Shown here: one piece after another, positions 1-24,900 of the stretch
Numbering within the stretch: position 1 is the first letter of the stretch
Layout of the letters: each line of letters begins with the position of its first letter
Assembly (NCBI RefSeq): GCF_009834535.1
Contig: NC_045715.1
Span: 20,646,001-20,710,000 of the forward strand
Origin: Camelus ferus
Lineage: Eukaryota
Direction of reading: 5' to 3'
Length of the DNA stretch: 64,000 nucleotides
Notes under the pieces: model-generated
Seen by the model: the letters and a program-made list of their open reading frames with translations, nothing else
What the model was told of the DNA's origin: nothing
The model's database searches: none
Position numbers and translations under genes: made by a program

Positions 1-324
1 GCTTGACTGAAGTGAGTTTACAAAAGAATAAGAGATGGTGTGTATGGGTAGCTCTTCCAAAAAATTTTGCAGTAGTAGCTGATCAGGGAAAGGGGACAAG
101 AGAAACGTTTTGAAAGTTTGAGAACTCAACCATCTCAAACATCTTAAAGAGCCCCAGGATAAAATTCTTAACACATTCTTTTAAATTTTTTCCTCTAATG
201 TCCACAATGGACAGGCAGTCCCTTAATTTAGCCACACCAGCCTAGGCATAAGTTCTAAACCCATGCCTCTGCTCATCAGTTCACTGGGCCTGAGATGTGT
301 ACCCTTTCTTCAAACTTGGCTAAA

Positions 325-876
325 CATATATTTTTTAGTTGAACTATAGTCAGTTTACAATGTTGTGTCAATTTTTGGTGCACAGCATAATAGTTCAGTG
401 ATACATACACATACATTTCATATTCTTAATTTAGCTTTTTAAACTTACATAGTTATCAAAGGAATAAAGCCAATCACAAAATAAGAGTAACATGCAGTAA
501 TCCAATCATAAAGGACAGTCAAATGTGCTTACACATATTCAAGATATCAATCACTTAAGTTNNNNNNNNNNNNNNNNNNNNNNNNNNNNNNNNNNNNNNN
601 NNNNNNNNNNNNNNNNNNNNNNNNNNNNNNNNNNNNNNNNNNNNNNNNNNNNNNNNNNNNNNNNNNNNNNNNNNNNNNNNNNNNNNNNNNNNNNNNNNNN
701 NNNNNNNNNNNNNNNNNNNNNNNNNNNNNNNNNNNNNNNNNNNNNNNNNNNNNNNNNNNNNNNNNNNNNNNNNNNNNNNNNNNNNNNNNNNNNNNNNNNN
801 NNNNNNNNNNNNNNNNNNNNNNNNNNNNNNNNNNNNNNNNNNTTTCATTGTCTTGGCTATTGTAAATAGTGCTGCT
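325..876 (-). mobile_element. 5'-truncated LINE-1 insertion with 13-bp target-site duplication
   Basis: Reverse-strand L1 3'-end text (TATAGTCAGTTTACAATGTTGTGTC, 345-369) and L1 ORF2-end text (843-876), flanked by identical AAACTTGGCTAAA at 312-324 and 877-889. Interior 562-842 is N. Confidence 0.7.
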
Positions 877-1028
877 AAACTTGGCTAAATCTTAACTAGT
901 TCTTCATATCAGTTAACCACAGTCACATTTTTCTAGAAGCATTTCTGAACCTGCCCAGGCATGATCTGGTTTTTATTCCTTCACTTCTATAACATTCTGT
1001 GCATATCTCTGCTGCATCCAAAACACAG

Positions 1029-4000
1029 CTGTCGACAATGGGTCACTGAAGAAATCAAAGAGGAAATATAAAAATAACTGGAGACAAATGAAAATGAAAA
1101 CACAACACTCTAAAATCTATGGGATGCAGCAAAAGCACTTCTAAGAGGGAAGTTTACAGCGATACAAGCCTACCTCAGGAAACAAGAAAAATCTCAAATA
1201 AACAAAATAACTTTACACCTAAAGGAATTNNNNNNNNNNNNNNNNNNNNNNNNNNNNNNNNNNNNNNNNNNNNNNNNNNNNNNNNNNNNNNNNNNNNNNN
1301 NNNNNNNNNNNNNNNNNNNNNNNNNNNNNNNNNNNNNNNNNNNNNNNNNNNNNNNNNNNNNNNNNNNNNNNNNNNNNNNNNNNNNNNNNNNNNNNNNNNN
1401 NNNNNNNNNNNNNNNNAGAGACAGTCCAAATCGATAAAATCAGAAATGAAAAAATGAGAAGTTACAACCAACATCACAGAAGTACAAAGGATCATAAGAG
1501 AGAACAATTATANNNNNNNNNNNNNNNNNNNNNNNNNNNNNNNNNNNNNNNNNNNNNNNNNNNNNNNNNNNNNNNNNNNNNNNNNNNNNNNNNNNNNNNN
1601 NNNNNNNNNNNNNNNNNNNNNNNNNNNNNNNNNNNNNNNNNNNNNNNNNNNNNNNNNNNNNNNNNNNNNNNNNNNNNNNNNNNNNNNNNNNNNNNNNNNN
1701 NNNNNNNNNNNNNNNNNNNNNNNNNNNNNNNNNNAGAAACTATTTCAAAAAAACTGCAGAGAAAGGAACACTTCTGAATTCATTCTTTGAGGCCAGCATC
1801 ACCCTGATACCAAAACCAGACAAAGATATCACACACACAGACAAATGAAAATTACAGGAAAATATCACTGATGAACAAGCAAAAATCCTCAAAACATATC
1901 AGCAAATGGAATGCCACAATACATTAAATACACCATGATCAAGTGGGATTTATCCCAGGGATGCAAGGATGGTTCAATATATGCAAATCAATCAATGTGA
2001 TATCCCAGATTAACAAACAGGAATAAAAATGATAAGATCATCTCAGTAGATGCAGAAAAAGCTTGTGACAAAATTCAACATCCATTTATGATAAAAACTC
2101 TCCAGAAAGTTGGTATAGAGGGAACATATCTCACATAATAAAGGCTATATATGACAAGCCCACAACTAATATCAGACTCAATAGTGAAAAGCTGAAACAT
2201 TTCCTCTAAGATCAGGAACAATACAAGGATGCCTACTCTCACCACTTTAATTCAGCATAGTATTGTTAGTTCTAGGCACAGCAATCAGAAAAGAAAAAGA
2301 AATAAAAGGAATCCAAATTCAAAAGGAAGAAGTAAAACTGTTACTGTTTGTAGATGACATGATACTACACATAGAAAACCCTAAAGATGCCACCAAGAAA
2401 CTATCAGAACTCACCATGAATCAGGTAAAGTTGCAGGATACAAAATTAATATACATAAATCTGTTGCATTTCTATACACTACCAACAAACTATCAGAAAG
2501 AGAAACTAAGAAAATAATTTCATTTATAATCACATCAAAAAAGAATAAAATACTTGGGAATAAATCTAACTAAGAAGGCAAGAGACCTTTACTCAGAAAA
2601 CTATAAGACACTGATGAAAGAAACTGAAGACAACACAAACAAATGGAAAGCCATACTGTGCTCATGGATTGGAAAGATTAATATTAAAATGACTATGCTA
2701 TCCAAAGCAATCTACAGATTCAATGCCATCCCTATCAAAATATCAATGGCATTTTTCATAGAACTAGAACTAATAATTCTAAAATTTGTATGGAAACACA
2801 AAGACTCTGAATATTCAAAACAATCTTGAGAAAAAAGAACAAACTGGAGGTATCATGTACCCTGTTTTCAAACTATACTACAAAGGTACAATAATCAAAC
2901 AATACAGTACTAGCACACACACACAAAAAACACGAAGACCAATGGAACAGGTTAGAAAGCCCAGAAATGAACCCACACTTATATGGTCACTTAACCTAGG
3001 ACAAAGGAGGCAAAAATATACAATGGGGGAAAGATAGCCTCTTCAATTAATGGTGTTAGGAAAAGTGAACAGCTAGATGCAAAAGAATCAAACTGGACTA
3101 CTTTCTCACACAATATACAAAAATAACTCAAAATGGACTCAAGACTTAAATGTAAGACCTGAAACCATAAAACTCGTAGAAGAAAGCATAAGCAGTATGC
3201 TCTTTGACACCAGTCTCAGAAATATTTATTTTTTGATATATCTCTTCAGTCAAGGGAAATAAAAGCAAAAATAAACAAATGGGACTACAACAAACTATAA
3301 AGCTTTTGCACAGAGAAGGAAACTATCAACAAAATAAAAAGCCTGCCTACTGAATGGGATAAGATATTTGCAAATGATATATCCTATAAGAGGTTAACAT
3401 CCAAAATATACAAAGAACTTATACAATTTAACATCAAAAAAGCAAAAAACAAAAGACAAAAAATTGAAAAATGGGCAGAGGCCCTAAAGAGACATTTTTT
3501 CCAAAGAAGACATACAAATGGCTAACAGGTACAAGAAAAGATGCTCAACATCACTAACCATCAGGAGTGATTAGTGAAGGGATGATTAGTGATGCAAATC
3601 AAAACTACAATGAAATTCACCTCACACTTGTCAGAATGCTATTATCANNNNNNNNNNNNNNNNNNNNNNNNNNNNNNNNNNNNNNNNNNNNNNNNNNNNN
3701 NNNNNNNNNNNNNNNNNNNNNNNNNNNNNNNNNNNNNNNNNNNNNNNNNNNNNNNNNNNNNNNNNNNNNNNNNNNNNNNNNNNNNNNNNNNNNNNNNNNN
3801 NNNNNNNNNNNNNNNNNNNNNNNNNNNNNNNNNNNNCACTAATTCAAAAAGATATATGCACTTCTATGTTCATTGAAGCATTATTTATAATATATTCCAA
3901 GGTATGGAAGCAACCTAAGTGCCCATCAATAGATGAATGGATAAAGAAGATGTGGTATTTATGTACAATGGAATATTACTCAGCCATTAGAAAGAATAAA

Positions 4001-4440
4001 ATCTTGCTATTTGTGTCAACATGGTAGACCTAGAGGGTATTGTGCTAAGTGAAATAAGTCAGACACAGAAAGACAAATACTGTATGATTTCACTTATGTG
4101 GGCTCTACAAAACAAAACAAATGAACAAATCTAACAAAGCAGAAACTGAGTTATAGATACAGAGAACAAACAGGTAGTTGCCGGGGGTAGGAGAGTAGGG
4201 GTAGGAGAGAAACAGGCAAGGGAGATTAAGCGATAGAAACTTCCGGTTATAAAATAACTGAGTCACAGATACGAAACATATAGTATGGAGAATATAATCA
4301 ATAATTATGTAATACCTTTGTAAGGTGACAGATGGTACCTAGACTTACGGTGGTGGATCATTTTGAAATGTATAAAAATATCAAATCACTGTTTGTGTAC
4401 CAGGAACTAACATAGTATTGTAGGTCAATTATACTTCAAA
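1029..4440 (+). mobile_element. Degraded LINE-1 (ORF2 endonuclease end/RT/C-terminus plus 3' UTR)
   Basis: ORF fragments are L1 ORF2-like (LLLFVDDMILHIENPKD RT motif at 2263-2517; [22 protein letters not shown]; YCMISL-type C-terminal text ~4075-4100). A-rich sense strand, many frameshifts and stops, three internal N-runs. Confidence 0.93.
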
Positions 4441-4449
4441 AACAAGCAA

Positions 4450-4990
4450 ACAAACAAATTCATAGAGAAAGAGATCAGATTTGTGGTTACCAGAGGCAGG
4501 AGGCAGTGGGAAGATGGGGAATTGGATGAAGGTAGTCATAAGGTACAAACTTCCAGTTACAAGATAAGTACTAGAGATGTAATGTACAACATGATAAATA
4601 TAATTAAAACTGATGAAGGTTGTTAAGACAGTAAATCCTTAGTTCTCATCACAAGGAAAAAATACATTTTTTTCTATTTCGTTAAGTTTTAACTATGTGA
4701 GATGATAGATGTTCACTAAACATTGTGGTGATCATCTCATGATGTTCCTATACCAAATCATTATGCTGTTCACCTGAAATTTATATAGTGCTGTATGTCA
4801 ATCATATTTCAGTAAAACTGGAAGAAAAAATAATAACTTTTCACTACTGGCTTATCAATTGCAACAAATGTGCCACACCAATGCACTATGTTAATAATAG
4901 GGGAAACTGAGGCAGGGGAAGGAGTTTATGGGAATTCTCTGTACTTCCGCTCATTCGTTCTGTAAACTTAAAATCCCTCTAATAAAAATC
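4450..4990 (+). mobile_element. Two stacked older L1M-type 3' UTR fragments
   Basis: AGATCAGATTTGTGGTTACCAGAGG...GTACAAACTTCCAGTTA...TCAGTAAAACTGGAAGAAAAAA (to ~4830), then AACAAATGTGCCACACCAATG...GGAATTCTCTGTACTT...AATAAAA. Subfamily not determined. Confidence 0.7.
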
Positions 4991-5280
4991 TATTATACGC
5001 ATTTTTATTGGTTAAAAAATAATTGTTGAATGATTTGTTAAACGGGTAGTAGGTCTGATTGGAGCCGAATAAAAGGAGACTAAATGGGAGACAAAGGAGA
5101 AAAATGGTACTGCATTCCGTATTATTAAACCCATTGTGAAGGGAACGCAAACTGCCAAAAATATCAAATATACAAATATATTCATTAAAATTATAGATTA
5201 TAAAACTAAATGTCCGTCCTAGTCACTGGTTGCCAATATTTTCTTGAGTATGTTATTCGTAGCCTATCTTTGTTCAAATG

Positions 5281-5892
5281 ATTTGCATAATTATGCAAAT
5301 AAAGACCTACCCACAGAATGCCTACGCTGTGTGGTGCCCACGATGCATTCCCCTGGACCCTTGAATTGGCCTGTGTATCCATTTTATTTGCATGACGTGA
5401 TTTAATAAACTAAGGCCCCGCTCCTCCAGTGCTTTCACCTCTCGCGAAGAAATGCATGACTTGGGACTCTTCCCTGGTTACGTTAGCTCCGCCCTCCGGC
5501 AACTAATCCCTTCCGCCCCGTCTTCTAGCTCCGTCTCCTCCGCCGGAAACGCCACGGGCCTACCATCGTTTCCTTCTACTCTCGGCGTCCCTACGTTTCT
5601 CCGCTCTCATCTTTCCACGAACGCACGACGCACGCTCCGCCTCTTTCTCTATTTGTCGTGCAAATTCTGCGACCCAACCGCCCGGCGCCGCATTTCCGCC
5701 CCCTCTACACGTCTCAACGGCCGACGCCGGGGGCCCGTCTCTTCAGCCAACCGGCGTCCTAGCGCTTGTAAGTCCCTCCTCTTTATGCAAATAATCCATG
5801 TCTGCTTCGCAGGCCTTTTTTTTTTTTAAAATAAGGACAACCCTGGAAGTAAAGAGGAATACGGTAGAAAGCGCCCCGCCCTTTATGCAAAT
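5281..5892. promoter_or_regulatory. PRRC2A promoter with five perfect octamer motifs
   Basis: ATTTGCAT at 5281-5288 and 5386-5393; ATGCAAAT at 5293-5300, 5785-5792 and 5885-5892; CRE-like TGACGTGA at 5393-5400; GC boxes near 5875. Confidence 0.75.
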
Positions 5893-6480
5893 CAAGGGGC
5901 GTGTCTAGGCGCGGAGGGAGGCGNNNNNNNNNNNNNNNNNNNNNNNNNNNNNNNNNNNNNNNNNNNNNNNNNNNNNNNNNNNNNNNNNNNNNNNNNNNNN
6001 NNNNNNNNNNNNNNNNNNNNNNNNNNNNNNNNNNNNNNNNNNNNNNNNNNNNNNNCGCCATCCTACTCCGGGGAGTCCCTAGGCCCCGGTCCCGGACCCC
6101 CGCGCACCCGGCCAGGTGAGTCTGGGCAAGCCGAATGCTAACGCCCTTTTCCGGCGCGGGAGCGGTGGTGGCAGCGGCGGTGGCGGCGGCGGCGGGCTGG
6201 GGGGAGGAGAAGCTGCCATTAGCCGCCGCCATTTTGTCCTCCTGCTGCCGGGCCCTGCCTGCCCCTCCCCCTCCGATACTCCCACCCGGGGACCCGCACC
6301 TCCAGCCCTCCTCTGAGTCCACAGCCTGTCCTTACCTTCCCGCCTTCCTGGCTTCCTGGAGCGACCTTCACTCCTGGGCCGCAACTCCCCATTCTCCACT
6401 GCGCTCCTGGTTTCTCACCCCTATTTGTGGGCCCCCTTCTCTGCGGCCACTCTGGGGTGGGCCGCGCCTGACTGTGCTCT
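5400..6480. promoter_or_regulatory. CpG island over PRRC2A TSS/exon 1
   Basis: Dense CpG and high GC. Non-coding exon 1 ends at CAG|GTGAG 6115/6116; its start is under N-run 5924-6055. Limits approximate. Confidence 0.85.
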
Positions 6481-7987
6481 CCCAGAATCTTCTTTCCTCC
6501 ATAGTGGACCCCCTCCCATCACTCAGCGCTAGGGTATCCCCTTGACGCCCCACTTCGCTTCGAGTCACTCCCACTCTGAAACCCTGTTTTTATCCTGCAT
6601 CTGTGCTTTTTGCGTTCCTCGGTCTCCCCTCTGCTTTTTTTCATTTTTCCTATTCTCTATGTCTTTTCTATCCCACCCCCCCCTTTTTTTCTGGGCCTGT
6701 TGACACTGGCCCCCCTTACTGTGATCTACATCCTTTTCCTATAACTCCTGCTTACGTGTATTATTTTCCACCTGCCTTCATATTAACTCTCTTTTATTAG
6801 TCTTAGTCTGTTCACTCCACAATTCTTCTGTCTCCTTTTGCTTCAGAGACTGACCTTAAATACCTGCAAAGAGACCCCCATCCCCTCATCTAACCTGTCT
6901 TAAAGTTCTTGATTTCAGCTTTCATCCTGGTCCTGTCTGGATATCCCACCAACCTCCATCTTTTTCCTTTACATTATTTTCTATAAATGAATGCCTGGTC
7001 GCTCAGGAACTGAGGATGGAGCATTTGGCCTGCTTAAGGAGCAAGGGGCATTAGGGAAAGAAATGACTGCTGATAGGCCTTTTTACTGGGAAGGAAAATG
7101 AAATTGGTTCTGGCCTTGGCCCCAAGCTTGCAGGGTGTCTATGTTTTTTGTTTCGCTCACATCTCCAGAAGGTGAACCAGAGCCTGCCAGTGTTTCATCT
7201 AATGAAAAAAAATTCTTCCAGGAGGCAGGATAGGGGCAAGTGTAGGAAAAGATAGGTTATCCCAAATACTTGGTTCTATAACTTGGGAGTATGTAGAGCC
7301 CCAATTGTTCTATGAGGAATTCTCTGGCACCAGCCCCAAGTCTGGCTGAGCAGGCTCATAAAATCCTTTAACTCCTGGCATACCTTCCTGCAAATCTTCC
7401 CAGATGGGAGTGAGGCTGCTGAGAATAGAACCCGGGGCACAGTTAGGAAGCTAGTGTCTAATAAGTAGGGGATCTAGATATTTGTACCTTACATGATAGA
7501 GCTGTATTCCTCTTTCTGGTTTTCTCTGGGGCTTAGACTTGCTCTTTTTTTTATTGTAGGTCTCTGAAATGATTTTGGTGGAGGGAGAAGAGGTTATTAC
7601 TTGTGGGGTTAGTGAAGAGGCTGCTGCCCTTTATAGACTGGCACAAAAGGGAGGGTGTTTACACAAGAAGATACTGAATTTTTATTCGCATTTTCATGGC
7701 AAGAGATGTCTGGGGAAAAGAGGGAACATGGCATTTGGGCTCTGTTGGGAGTTAAGTAGATAATGATTGCTTAAAGAGACTGGGGTGTTTGATTAGATGG
7801 GAGGAAAAGACATGAGAGAGCCACATATCTGGGCCCCTATTGAGAATGGAAGGGAGCATCTAGGCTTTTCTGTTGGAATCTGTAAATGAAACAGAGACTG
7901 AAACACTTGGTGTCTGGNNNNNNNNNNNNNNNNNNNNNNNNNNNNNNNNNNNNNNNNNNNNNNNNNNNNNNNNNNNNNNNNNNNNNN

Positions 7988-20704
<12,717 letters not shown>

Positions 20705-20870
20705 GGGATTTCCCCTTGCCCCCTATCCCCGGGGCTTGTATATAGATTATAAATATATAAGGGGGAAAAGGGGTGGTGGGTGGAGAAGGGTTGTAGGGCT
20801 GGGGCCTTGCTTCCCCTCCTTCCCCCTCCCCTGGTCCCCTATCCCTGGGGCCGTTTGTTAAAAAAAGAAG

Positions 20871-20876
20871 AATAAA
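20871..20876 (+). terminator. PRRC2A polyadenylation signal
   Basis: AATAAA ~170 nt after the stop; ATTAAA at 20880-20885; U/GU-rich sequence downstream. Confidence 0.8.
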
Positions 20877-20984
20877 AGGATTAAAAAAAGTATTTCCAAA
20901 ATGATTTTGGGGATGGGTTGGCTGTTTGCAATCTCTTGTCATATAGTCTGATGCCAGGTGATCTGTAGAGTGGTTTCATTCAGG

Positions 20985-21400
20985 GAATTGCTATTACTTC
21001 AGTGATCTCTTGTAACAAACTACCTCAACACTTAAACTGTTTTATTGTATCTTAAAGTTGTGTGGGCCAGGAATTACATCTGGGCTTCCCTGGGCAAATC
21101 TGTTTCTTGTGCCTGTGAGGTTGCTTGGTAACCAGTTTGTAGCTGGGCTATCCTATAGGGCTTTACTCACACGTCCGGGGCTGTGGTGGGCCGTCTGGAA
21201 GGTAGAATCCATTGGATTGTCAACCAATGTCTCTGTATAAGTTCTCTAGCAAGATAGAGTCACCAGGCCTTTTATGTCCATGAGCCAGTGTTCCAAGAGG
21301 TCTGGGCAAAAGCTGCAAAGCTCATGACCTGGCCTTAGGTTGCCTCTTCTACATTCTGTTTGTCCAGCATTAAGCTGGCTAAAAGGGGGAGGGGACGGCA
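20985..21400. mobile_element. Old MaLR (MLT1-like) LTR fragment
   Basis: TGTAACAAACTACCTCAACACTTAAA...TTTATTGTATCTTAAAGTTGTGTGGGCCAGGAATT resembles recalled MLT1 text. Limits approximate. Confidence 0.5.
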
Positions 21401-21898
21401 ACTGCGTCTTAAAAGGAGTAGCAAAGAATTTGCAGCCACATGTCACTTCAGTCCTGTCTACAAACAGGAAGTGCCTTTATAGCTGTCAAAGACTGAAGGT
21501 AGACCAGTTCCATCACAGTCAGACTTGGTTCAGTTACACTGGTACTACTGCATGCATCAAGGTAAGACTTTAGGTCTGCAGCTGCTTGGAAAATGGTTTA
21601 CTAGATAGCTTGAGAGCCCTATTATAAAATGCGCCCACAGTATGTTTGTTTACATGCAAAAGGCTTTTGCACAAAAGCGTTCCTTGGAAGTGGCCAACAT
21701 TGAAACAGGCTTGTACGTTTTCTCGTGCTGCAGTCAAACAATACTGCATATATATGCTCATGGTGAAATGTTAAATGCTGCCCAATATAGCTGGGTTCCT
21801 AGGAATTAATTTAAAAAAACAAGTTCATAGAAGACATAAGGGAATTAGACTACCTAATGAAGACAATTCAGAGACAAAAGAGCCAGGAAAATCTGACT

Positions 21899-21904
21899 TT
21901 TATT
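21899..21904 (-). terminator. BAG6 polyadenylation signal
   Basis: TTTATT on + (AATAAA on -), ~70 nt after the BAG6 stop. Confidence 0.8.
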
Positions 21905-21971
21905 TCTTAAATACTGTGAAGGAAGAGTGGGGAAATGGTCCCCAGATGATGGAGGGCCGTGGAGCAAAGAG

Positions 21972-24900
21972 CTAGGGATCATCAGCAAAGGCCCTGTGGG
22001 CATTAGGGAAGCGCTGGGGGCTGTAGTTAGGATCTTCCTGCAGTCGCTTTTGTATATCAGCCCGGAGCTGGATAGAGAGCAAAGCAGGTTGGAGAGGTAC
22101 TGGCCAAACCCCTACAATCCCAGCAACCACACGAAGCCATCCCTCAGAGGCCAACACTTCCCCAACAGCCATATACTGTCCAGTAGCCCAACATGGCATC
22201 ACTGAGCCTCCCCAGATGCTACTAGGGAAAGCATCTTAAAACCATCAAACGGTAGCCCCAGACTGACCAGTTCACCTCTGAAGGAATCCAGGGAAGACGG
22301 GCCCTAGCCCAACCCCTCCCACTTGACCATCCCTATGCTACTTNNNNNNNNNNNNNNNNNNNNNNNNNNNNNNNNNNNNNNNNNNNNNNNNNNNNNNNNN
22401 NNNNNNNNNNNNNNNNNNNNNNNNNNNNNNNNNNNNNNNNNNNNNNNNNNNNNNNNNNNNNNNNNNNNNNNNNNNNNNNNNNNNNNNNNNNNNNNNNNNN
22501 NNNNNNNNNNNNNNNGGGGTCGGGAGGGAAAAGAGGATCAACGTCAGCTCCAATGCCACCACCCAGCTCACCCTTTCCATGAGTCAACCACTGAGTCTCC
22601 ATTCTAGTGGAAAGAAGGGAAATAATCCAAGTGTAGTTTTGACAGCAGAAATGGCTTCCTAATTTTGTTTGGCTCTGGCCAAAACCAGCATTTGAATTTG
22701 CTCACTTGGTCTTCAAAATAAGAGAGGCAGGATGGGTCAGGCCATCCAGCATTCACAGCCAGCTAGTCACCAGCGGAAGCCCACCTTATGGAAGCTGGGC
22801 CCTAGTCACAGGATTAGGCAACTGAGGGATGACAGCACTGCTAACAGACTAATGCAAAGGTGTGAGGTGACAACCGTGAGCAAGTCTGAGTCCCAGAAAG
22901 GTTCTGGTGTCACTTAAATGAGGAGACTAAACTAGAAAGAATTCCTTCCAGCTCTAGTTAGTTTGATTCTGAGAAGGGTATTTGGGTAATGGGGACGTCA
23001 GGGGAGAGGCAAACCAACCTTGCGTCTCTTGGCAGGCATACCACTGAGGTAGGCGTCACTCAGGGGGGGCTGTGGCTTCACCTTCCGCTGGCTCTGAATG
23101 TCCTGCTGGATAATAGGGACCCATTCCTGGGGGGGGAATGATGATGAGAAATTCCCACAAGTTTCAGCTGCCTTAGCCCACTAGGTCACCTCCTGACACT
23201 CACTGGGGGGACTGCTGCTGCCCAAGGTTCTGTCTCAGCCGAAGCTCCATCCTGTTCGTCTCGGGAGCCCCCCTCAGGAGCAGGAGGTGGACCTCGGGAC
23301 ATGGCCTCTTCTGCTGTTGTTCCAGGGGCTGGGGACGCATTCTCCCGCTGGGAGTCGGACAGTGGGAAGATCCAGGCTTCAGAATTCTCAGCCTCCAGCC
23401 CTTCCGCCCCAGCCCTCCACACTCCATATTATCTGGCTCCTCAACCTCTCCCTGGTACCTGAGGCTCAGGGGAAGTTCTCTCTGATCCCTGAACTTCCAT
23501 TGGCTCCTCAGGAAGTGGCTGTGAAATTAGACAGAGGAGAACACCACAAAGCGCCCTCTCAGATCTCTCCAGGTCCCTCAGGTCCCCTGACCCCACAGTC
23601 CATCAGGTTCCTTACCTGGGGCGGGTCACCAACCCTACGGACGTATCTGAGGATGGCATCAGGGCCCACAGGCATGTGCTCCAGGACCACCTGAAGTCTC
23701 AGTCCCATCATAGTGGTCAGCCAGCTCACCAAGGATGGATTTACTCCACGAGACATGCGACGCTGAGGGGCAGAAAGCAGACTAGAACACAAAATGCTCA
23801 ACCAGCTTTTGAAAGATATCAAAGAGTAAAGGAGGACAGTTTGGAGGGAAAAAACTGAGAATTGCAGGATACCAGAGAATGGAAACCCAAGAAAATGAAA
23901 GGCTGGGGATCTGGGGCTCAGTGATGCTTACAATTCGGCCATTGATGACAGCAGCAAGCTCCATCTGCTGTCCGCCCAAGCAGTGCAGGTTCAGGGCCAG
24001 GCATTCAAACAAGCCCTGGTTACACAATTCCAGCAAACGGGCCCCAAATCCACTGTCTGTGGGCAAGACATAAGGAAGGAACACTGGCACCCGGTAGCTG
24101 CTCTGCACATACAACACACCCCCCAACTCATCCTGGCCCAGCCAGCCCCTGACCTGTGCAGTGCATCACGTGAGCAGCAATGCTGTTAAACTGCTCTTGG
24201 AGAAATTCCAGGTTTGTCCGGATGATGTCCACACCTGGCTGAACTTGCACCAATGACTGAGACACAAGACACACAAAGACCCCAAAATCAGAAAGCCCAA
24301 GAGACTGGGAGTTGTGGGTGAAGCAGCTGGAATAGCAGCCATCCCACCTGGAGCCAGGAATGGAGGGGATGGGAGAGGGCTACTCACGAAACTTTCCCGC
24401 ACGTACTCTTCTAGCCCCGTGATCAACGTGTGGGTGGCCGTCTAGGGGAGAACAGCACAGCTTTACAACAAAGCCCCACCCCTCAAGGCACTCCCCACCC
24501 CACCACAAGTCTAGGGCTTGGGCTGGAGCAGTCGCAGCTTCAGACAACAGATAAAAAAAGTCAGGAAGAAGAAAGAGAAGGTGAGAAGGAGGAGAGCTCT
24601 GGGCCCAAGGTCTTCATTTACCCGGATGTTACCAGGTGTGGGCTCCTGGCCACCCAAGTAGTGCTGGTGGAAGAAGGATCGCAGCTGGGGCTGGAGCCGC
24701 TGCAGTGGCTGGAAATGCCCGTGGAGAAGCATCACCACATCCACCATGGAAAAGTTCTGGCACAGAAGAGAGAGCAGGGCCCCAAAGAATCCTAGGGAGA
24801 GGTGCAGAAGTCAGCAGCTATCTTGAGCACTTGGCCTACCCACCAGCCCATCAGCCTCATCCCACCTTGGCAATATCCCTAAACAAAGGCCATCTACCTT

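Noticed and set aside
5783-6322. 179-aa minus-strand ORF and other ORFs over the PRRC2A CpG island
   Set aside because: GC-rich, stop-poor, low-complexity translation that spans an N-run; no recognisable domain.
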